Origin: Candidatus Hydrogenedentota bacterium | GTDB taxonomy: Bacteria > Hydrogenedentota > Hydrogenedentia > Hydrogenedentales > JAEUWI01 | Direction: 5' to 3' | Assembly (NCBI GenBank): GCA_034669905.1 | Contig: JAXMOL010000001.1 | Span: forward strand, 160,001-224,000 | DNA: 64,000 nucleotides | Part shown: one piece after another, positions 57,865 through 64,000 of the stretch | How the letters are laid out: each line of letters starts with the position of its first letter | Numbering within the stretch: the stretch's first letter is position 1 | Notes under the pieces: model-generated | Database searches by the model: none | The model's input: the letters and a program-made list of their open reading frames with translations, nothing else | Told to the model about the DNA's origin: nothing | Translations under genes and position numbers: made by a program

Positions 57865-59370
57865 ATGAACTGGAAAAAACTCCTGACATCCAACCTGGGC
57901 CAGCTCTTCTCCCGCAAAAGCGAAGAGGATGTGTTGCCCTCGACCCCGCGCTATTTCTGGAGCGTCTTGCTCGACTTCGTGCTGCGACGTACGCCCCGAG
58001 ACGTGGCCGATGCGTTGGACACGATTCCCTACCCCACCTCGCTCGTCCGGAAAGTTGGGAACCCCCGTTGGCGGGGTCCCGTCTATCGCAGTGGGCGCGC
58101 GTGGCGGCACGACGTGCTGTCGGTGGCGGAGTATATCCGCAGCCTCATAGCCAGCAATGTGCCACTGGCGGAGGGGATGGCGGCGGCCGCCCAGGAGGAA
58201 TACCGCAAGCGCACCCGTTGGACACCCCAGCAAATGACCCGTCTCAGCACCGTGCTTATGCTGCTCGTGGCGGGGGTCTTTTTCGCCGTCAACATCGCGC
58301 AGAACATCAACGGGCTCGCCAGCCTTTCCACCGTGTTGCAGGCCGTCATTCTGGTGGGGCTCGTCCTCCTGTTGGTTCGGCACTTGTTCCTTTCCAAAAA
58401 TCGCCGACTCGCGGTATTTCTTGCCCTCCAGACCCGTCTCGATGCCGGTGCGGGTATTGCCGAGGCCATGGAAAGCCTCCCCCGTTTTTTCCCCCGGCAT
58501 TTAGCCGACCTGGTGCGGGTGGGTGAAGAGACGGGCGAGCTCGATGACGCCTTTGCACAGTTCAACGGCACGACCCTCCGCGCTATGGAGCGCCACCGCC
58601 AATTGCACTGGGTCCTCCGTTACCTGGGTGCCGTGGTGATGTTGCAAGGCCTGATTCTGGTCTTCCTGGGCATCAAGGTCTTGCCCGTCTTCATCGAGAT
58701 CACCGAAGAAATTTACGAAGACCATAGCACCGCCGTGGAGACACCCACCTACCTGAATACGGCGTATGGAGCCGCTTCCCTGGTCGATCATGCCATCTAT
58801 CACTGGCCTCAATGGGCCATGGGCGGGGCCGTCTTCCTCCTCTGTTTTGCCGCGCTGCGCTTTCGGAGTCGCCGGGGCTGGGCCAGTGGTCCGGCCGCCT
58901 TCCCCCTCCTCTTTGTGCCGTGGATTCGGGGGCTCATCGTGCGACAGAATCTTTCACAGATCGCCCTCATGCTCCATGGGCTCCTCCGCTGTGGGGTCCC
59001 CCTGGACCGTGCCCTGGGCATGTGTAGCAGTACGGACGTCCATCCGGCCTACCGGGATTGGTTATCGGCGCTCCGCGAATCCCTCCGGGGTGGGGCGTCC
59101 TTACGGGAAGGCCTGGCGCATACACGGCGGAAGGGCCTGATCCCCGACACCTTTGTGGGGCAAGTGGAAGCCGGTGAATACTCGGGGCAACTTCCCACCA
59201 TGCTGGAACGGATTTCCACCATTTATGCCATGGAGGCGGAGAAACGAATGCAGATACTGGTGGCCATTGTGTTGCCGGTGGGTATCCTGTGCCTGGGTTA
59301 TATCACGGCTTCGGCTCAGATACTGGCCTTTCAATTACTCATCGGGCTTGCCGAATCGCTCTTGGTTTAG
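57865..59370 (+). CDS. Atypical PilC/GspF paralogue with TM-hairpin insertion (copy B2)
   Basis: 'FFPRHLADLVRVGEETGELD', 'LLRCGVPLDRAL', 'VEAGEYSGQL'; shares the N-terminal motif of B1. Confidence 0.82.
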   Translation: MNWKKLLTSNLGQLFSRKSEEDVLPSTPRYFWSVLLDFVLRRTPRDVADALDTIPYPTSLVRKVGNPRWRGPVYRSGRAWRHDVLSVAEYIRSLIASNVPLAEGMAAAAQEEYRKRTRWTPQQMTRLSTVLMLLVAGVFFAVNIAQNINGLASLSTVLQAVILVGLVLLLVRHLFLSKNRRLAVFLALQTRLDAGAGIAEAMESLPRFFPRHLADLVRVGEETGELDDAFAQFNGTTLRAMERHRQLHWVLRYLGAVVMLQGLILVFLGIKVLPVFIEITEEIYEDHSTAVETPTYLNTAYGAASLVDHAIYHWPQWAMGGAVFLLCFAALRFRSRRGWASGPAAFPLLFVPWIRGLIVRQNLSQIALMLHGLLRCGVPLDRALGMCSSTDVHPAYRDWLSALRESLRGGASLREGLAHTRRKGLIPDTFVGQVEAGEYSGQLPTMLERISTIYAMEAEKRMQILVAIVLPVGILCLGYITASAQILAFQLLIGLAESLLV

Positions 59371-59419
59371 CGGCCCCGAGGCACTTGAATGCCGGAAGCC
59401 TATTGAAGGATTACAACGC

Positions 59420-59821
59420 GTGCAACAGAAGCAAAACAAGAATCGGGGATTCACCCTGCTGGAATTGACCTGCGCCCTCTTCATCATTACGGTGGCGGGT
59501 TTTGGGACGATCCAGCTCTACAACGTGGGAGTCAATAAAATCCTGGTCATGCAGGAGCTCGACGTGGCATCGGAATTGCTCCGCAATGAGATGGAAGCCC
59601 TTCGCGCCCGGCCCTTCGACACCGTCACGTCGGGAGACACCTTGGCCAATCCATCGGCGGCCCTCACCGCCCTGCACCGTCCGGAGGCGACGGTAGAGGT
59701 GGTCGAGCTGGCGCCCGGCCTGAAGGAAGTCTCCGTCACCCTGAAATGGCAGTCCCGCCATGGTCGGTGGATTGAGCGGGCCCTGGTGACACGGGTCGCC
59801 CGGAAGGGAGAAGGCGCATGA
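59420..59821 (+). CDS. Minor (pseudo)pilin, GspI/PilV-like
   Basis: Class III signal NRG|FTLLE; GAAGGA RBS before GTG. Confidence 0.8.
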   Translation: MQQKQNKNRGFTLLELTCALFIITVAGFGTIQLYNVGVNKILVMQELDVASELLRNEMEALRARPFDTVTSGDTLANPSAALTALHRPEATVEVVELAPGLKEVSVTLKWQSRHGRWIERALVTRVARKGEGA

Positions 59822-60375
59822 AACGACGCATGGGAGCTTGCCCGGGCTATTCACTGCTGGAACTGCTGGTCTACTTGACAGTGCTCGCCATCGGCATCAA
59901 TCTCTTTATCTCGGCTATGGGCACGGGCTCACGGCTTTCGGCCACGACCACCCTCCAGATGGGCCGCCTGGAAGGTATCCGCGAGGTACAACAGACGTTT
60001 GTGCACTACGTGCGCCGGGCAGCGACCGTAGTCCCTTCTATCGGGCGCTACCGCACCGGCGATTCGGTGGTCGTGCTGAAAATGCCCGCCCTGCAACCCG
60101 AAGGCTTTGACTATCTGGTAGTCGGTGCCGTGCAACGACCCGACGCCTTCACGGTGTTGGGATTGACACAGATCGACGGCCAATGGCAGGAGACCTATAT
60201 GAAAACCCTGCGACAAGCCCTGGGACAGCAGACCTTCACGGTACGTGAGGACGGCCCGCGTCCCCTGATCCAGATGACGGTGCAGGTCAAGCAGGAGACC
60301 GGCGAACGGGAGCGGCCCTTTCTCGTACACAGCTGCCATGCCACGCCCCGGGGCTACGGGAGCGCCACCCCATGA
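59818..60375 (+). CDS. Minor (pseudo)pilin, GspJ/PilW-like
   Basis: PG|YSLLELLV; ATGA overlap with the previous gene. Confidence 0.78.
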   Translation: MKRRMGACPGYSLLELLVYLTVLAIGINLFISAMGTGSRLSATTTLQMGRLEGIREVQQTFVHYVRRAATVVPSIGRYRTGDSVVVLKMPALQPEGFDYLVVGAVQRPDAFTVLGLTQIDGQWQETYMKTLRQALGQQTFTVREDGPRPLIQMTVQVKQETGERERPFLVHSCHATPRGYGSATP

Positions 60376-60803
60376 AGCAGCGAACGCGAAACGAGGGAAC
60401 AGCACTCATCTTTGCGATTATGGTCCTCGCCATTCTGAGCATCGGCACATCGGTGTTGTGGAAGCAACTGCATCAAAACCTGGAACAACACCGCATGGCC
60501 TGGCATCAGGAACAGGTATTCCTGGTCGCGGAAGCAGGATTGGATACGGCCATCGCCCGCTTACGACAACCCAACGCGAACTACGCCGGGGAAGAGGACG
60601 TGGTGGTCGGGCCGGGTCGCTTCACGGTGGTGGTGACGCCCGATGGCGCAGCGAGGAGTTATCGCCTGCGTTCAACGGCACGGCTGGACCACGTGACGTC
60701 TCGCTATAGCGCGGTCACCCTCGCGGCTACCCTGCGACTTTCCCCCACGGGAGAGGTTATCGCCTACGCCTGGCACATTGATCGAGAAGGAGGGGCCTCA
60801 TGA
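60372..60803 (+). CDS. Minor (pseudo)pilin, GspK/PilX-like (no Glu5)
   Basis: [12 protein letters not shown]; '[16 protein letters not shown]' PilX-type motif; ATGA overlap. Confidence 0.78.
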   Translation: MKQRTRNEGTALIFAIMVLAILSIGTSVLWKQLHQNLEQHRMAWHQEQVFLVAEAGLDTAIARLRQPNANYAGEEDVVVGPGRFTVVVTPDGAARSYRLRSTARLDHVTSRYSAVTLAATLRLSPTGEVIAYAWHIDREGGAS

Positions 60804-61591
60804 AGAGCGCCACCAGTAAACGGGGATTTACCCTCTTTGAATTGCTCACCGTCATCGCCACCATCGGCATCCTGGCCGCCATCTTGTTACCCGCACTCGC
60901 ACGGTCGCGAGAAGCGGCCCGTCGGGCAAGCTGTCTGAGTAACCTGGCCCAGTTGGGGCTGGCCTTGCGCATGTATGCCGAAGAGCATGAACGTCAACTT
61001 CCCTGGAGCGGCGGCGGCGGCAATGCCGATTGCCTCCTGCCCCTGCGGGGGGACTACTTACCAAAATCGGGCAATCTCTTCTGCCCGTCGGATGCCCAGA
61101 ATAGTTACCGCGACGTAGAGGAGCTCGACGGGGGCGATGTCGTCTGGACCACAGACATTGATTTTATCAGTTCCGGCAGGAACCAGAATACGGCTCCCAG
61201 CATGCGGGCGAGCTACGACTATTTCGGAGCCTACACCAAGGCCCCCCTGGCCTACCCCCACCCCTCACGACCGGTCCCGCGCACCCAGCTCATGTGGGAT
61301 ATCACCATCAAAAGTGTCGACAACAATCTGGGCTATTCACCCGGGGCCTCGAGCAATCATGTGCCATCGGGCGGTAACGTGTTATACCTCGACGGCTCGG
61401 TGGCCTTTCTCAAAACCCTGGATTGGTTCGCCAACGACCTGCCCCATGAGACACCGAGAATCGTCTATGACACACCCGACGCCATTGTCGCGACCCAGCA
61501 GGCGGAGGAAGAGGAAGCCCAGCCCGCAGCACGATCGGGATTGGGTGGTTTCTCGTCGGACCCCATATTCCCCCGCCGCGGAAATCGCTAG
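60800..61591 (+). CDS. DUF1559-type prepilin with H-X9-DG motif
   Basis: [42 protein letters not shown]; 'FCPSD'; '[16 protein letters not shown]'. Confidence 0.88.
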   Translation: MKSATSKRGFTLFELLTVIATIGILAAILLPALARSREAARRASCLSNLAQLGLALRMYAEEHERQLPWSGGGGNADCLLPLRGDYLPKSGNLFCPSDAQNSYRDVEELDGGDVVWTTDIDFISSGRNQNTAPSMRASYDYFGAYTKAPLAYPHPSRPVPRTQLMWDITIKSVDNNLGYSPGASSNHVPSGGNVLYLDGSVAFLKTLDWFANDLPHETPRIVYDTPDAIVATQQAEEEEAQPAARSGLGGFSSDPIFPRRGNR

Positions 61592-61815
61592 GCGGCGCGA
61601 AAGGACATAACGGACGAAAAAGACTTAAGGGACGTTACGAAGCCTGGCGCCGGGGAGGCAAAGCCTGCGCTCCGATTTGGCGGCGGATCGGGGGGAACTA
61701 CCGTAATCCTCGGCATTTGCTGGCCCGCCGGGGAAATGCCGTTGCATTCGCCCCCTTTGTGCGATATTATAAGGGCTTGTTGGAGGCGTTATCGCACTAC
61801 GGAGAGGCAATTACT

Positions 61816-62181
61816 ATGCGCATCGAGGGAGATGAACGACGGCGTTACCCACGGAGCCGCCGTGGCCTGCCCATGGCCGTGGACGAAGCGGGTCCGGGCG
61901 TATTGAATCATGTGGACAACATCAGCGCCAACGGCGTGCTGTGCCATACCATCAAACCGGTCCCCCTCATGACCAAAATGCGTATTGCCCTCGATCTGCC
62001 TGCTCCCTATGGTCGGCGTGTGGATGCGGAAGGCATTGTGGTGCGCTGTGATGCCGATGACCGGGGTGACGACCACTTCAAGGTGGCCATCCTTTTCACC
62101 AAGATCGACGCCGATGAACACGAAGCCGTCCGCCAGTTTGTCGAAGAAGACATTGCGGTACAGGATGGTGTAAGCGACTAG
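61816..62181 (+). CDS. Stand-alone PilZ domain protein
   Basis: RxxxR in 'ERRRYPR' and (D/N)xSxxG in 'NISANG'; 'AEGIVVRC', 'VAILF'. Confidence 0.85.
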   Translation: MRIEGDERRRYPRSRRGLPMAVDEAGPGVLNHVDNISANGVLCHTIKPVPLMTKMRIALDLPAPYGRRVDAEGIVVRCDADDRGDDHFKVAILFTKIDADEHEAVRQFVEEDIAVQDGVSD

Positions 62182-62183
62182 TT

Positions 62184-63803
62184 TTGTCCGCTGAATCTTC
62201 CCATGCCCCCCGCATTTCCTTTGACCGCTGGCTCCTCCTTGCCTGCGCAGCGGTGCTGGGTCTCACGGTGTTATACCCGACCCTCCGTCTTCTGGGGGAA
62301 GCCTATCTCGCGTGGGATTCGACCGCCCTCCAAGGGAGCCACGCCTGGCTCACCATCCGCAACACGCTGATTATCGGATTCGGTTCGGTGGCGGGTGCGG
62401 GCGTGTGTGGCACGGCCCTTTCGATTGTGCTCACCCGCTTTACCTTCCCCGGCTCCCGGGTTCTGGCGGCCCTGGCGTATCTGCCCTTTACCCTGCCGCC
62501 CCTGGTCGGTGTGCTCAGTTTTTACTACCTCATCGGAAAAAGTGGGTTCATCGCCCGCTTCGCTGAACAGGTGCTGGGCGTTGAGGATGCGGTCCTCCCG
62601 GGGGTCTGGGCCATCCTACTCATCCACACTTATTCCTTCTACGTCTTCTTCTACGCCATGGTGGCCCCCGCCCTGGCCAACCTGGACCGCTACCAACTGG
62701 AGGCGGCCCGCACCCTGGGGGCCAGTCGTGCCCGGGTCTTTTTCCGCGTCACCCTGCCCCTGCTGCGCCCGTCCCTGACCGGAGCGTCGCTGCTGACCTT
62801 CATGTCTTCCTGCGCCTCCTTCAGTGCACCCTATTTCTTTGCCGACAAATTCCCCGTGTTGAGTGTCGCCGTCTATACGGAGCGCAGCCAGGACAATCAC
62901 GGGGCGGCGGTTACGCTCACGGTTATCCTCGCCATCGTATCGTTGTTGGGCATCCTGCTTTTTCGTTCCAACCTGAGTAGTGGGAAGTCGGGTTCCAAGG
63001 GCACGCCCCGGCCCATTGGCAGCACTTCGGGACGGCTCCTCGCAGGGATGGGCGCCTGGTCCGTGATTGCCCTGCTTTTGCTGCCCCATGCCACGATCCT
63101 CTGGCTTTCCTTTGCGGATTACCGGGCCTGGAACACGGAACTCATTCCCACCGTCATGACGGTGCAGAATTACACGGAACTTTTCACCAACCGCAATGCC
63201 TTCGGGCCCATCCGGAACAGCCTTTGGATGAGTGGCGTGGCCACGGCGGCGACTCTCTTGATTGCTTTGCCAGCGGCCTATCTGATTGCACGGCGCCGAC
63301 CCGGCGGGGCGTGGCTCAACGTGTTGGTCATGATTCCCTGGGCCCTGCCGGGCACGGTGATTGCCATCAACCTCATTGTGGCCTTCAACGACCGCTGGTT
63401 GCCCCTCTATGGCACGGTGTGGCTCTTGCCCCTGGCCTATTTCGTCCGCAACATCCCCATGCTCACCCGCATGGTGGGCGCCTCCTTCGAAACCTTCGAC
63501 GCGACCCTGATTGAAGCGGGCCGCACTCTGGGCGCATCGCCCCGCCATTGTTTCTGGCGCATCATCCTCCCGCTGGTAGCCCCGGCGGTGGTGGCGGGCG
63601 CGGCGCTGGTCTTTGCCACCTGCCTCGGCGAGTTTGTAGCCTCCATTCTGCTCTATCAGACCGGTAACATCCCCATCGCCGTCAAAATTAATATGGAGTG
63701 GCGGGCCTCGGTGGGTGCCGCCTTCGCCTATAGCGTGTTGCTCATGCTCATGGTGGCGGCCACCTTCCTCCTCTCCCGAAAATTCGCAGCACGAATCCTT
63801 TAG
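62184..63803 (+). CDS. Fe3+/thiamine-type ABC transporter permease (FbpB-like, two BPD_transp_1 domains)
   Basis: Two EAA loops, 'LEAARTLGAS' and 'IEAGRTLGAS'; 'LPPLVG', 'LPGTVIA'. Confidence 0.88.
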   Translation: MSAESSHAPRISFDRWLLLACAAVLGLTVLYPTLRLLGEAYLAWDSTALQGSHAWLTIRNTLIIGFGSVAGAGVCGTALSIVLTRFTFPGSRVLAALAYLPFTLPPLVGVLSFYYLIGKSGFIARFAEQVLGVEDAVLPGVWAILLIHTYSFYVFFYAMVAPALANLDRYQLEAARTLGASRARVFFRVTLPLLRPSLTGASLLTFMSSCASFSAPYFFADKFPVLSVAVYTERSQDNHGAAVTLTVILAIVSLLGILLFRSNLSSGKSGSKGTPRPIGSTSGRLLAGMGAWSVIALLLLPHATILWLSFADYRAWNTELIPTVMTVQNYTELFTNRNAFGPIRNSLWMSGVATAATLLIALPAAYLIARRRPGGAWLNVLVMIPWALPGTVIAINLIVAFNDRWLPLYGTVWLLPLAYFVRNIPMLTRMVGASFETFDATLIEAGRTLGASPRHCFWRIILPLVAPAVVAGAALVFATCLGEFVASILLYQTGNIPIAVKINMEWRASVGAAFAYSVLLMLMVAATFLLSRKFAARIL

Positions 63804-64000
63804 TTTCATGCTATACTCACCCTGATGGTCGCGCGGTGTGACGCCCGTCTTCCGATTTTTACGGTAATGGCCGCCTTGCGGTCTCTAATCTTGCCACGGC
63901 AACAGCAGCTTTCCCGGAAAGCGTTGGAATTACGTTCATGGGTATACCTACGCAGGCCCGCAGCATCAATCAGCCCGCTCGACTTCTCCTATTCGGCTCT

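Noticed and set aside
63938..64000. Possible start of the next gene (MGIPTQARSINQPARLLLFGS...)
   Set aside because: Only 21 codons are visible at the window edge, which is insufficient evidence.

Overview
A GC-rich bacterial chromosomal window with about 47 protein-coding genes and one tRNA-Lys(UUU). I saw no rRNA, CRISPR array, transposase or integrase. The DUF1559-type prepilin and the DUF4838-like protein suggest a Hydrogenedentes/Planctomycetes-like lineage (inference only). From left to right it holds: heme uptake (hmuTUV, hemS) split by a REPIN-like inverted repeat; exeA/exeB; sugar ABC components; pcrA/uvrD and pheA; envelope and lipid genes; a hybrid sensor kinase; a pure [11 protein letters not shown] histone-H1-like protein; sucrose synthase plus a bidomain sucrose-phosphate synthase; an MshEN-bearing PilB/GspE ATPase; folD; and a type IV filament operon. 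The most unusual feature is that operon (53.9-61.6 kb). It has four tandem PilC/GspF paralogues in ABAB order, and both B copies carry a shared N-terminal motif and a two-TM insertion inside the first cytoplasmic T2SSF domain. Overlapping minor-pilin genes and a DUF1559 pilin follow, then a PilZ gene, and a candidate three-way-junction RNA lies upstream. Also notable are a 196-nt rod-like ncRNA candidate (10.8-11.0 kb), a 48-aa hydrophobic small protein below the ORF-track cutoff, and several apparently catalytically degenerate enzymes. All calls come from motif recognition by eye, with no database searches, and start codons were chosen from RBS context.
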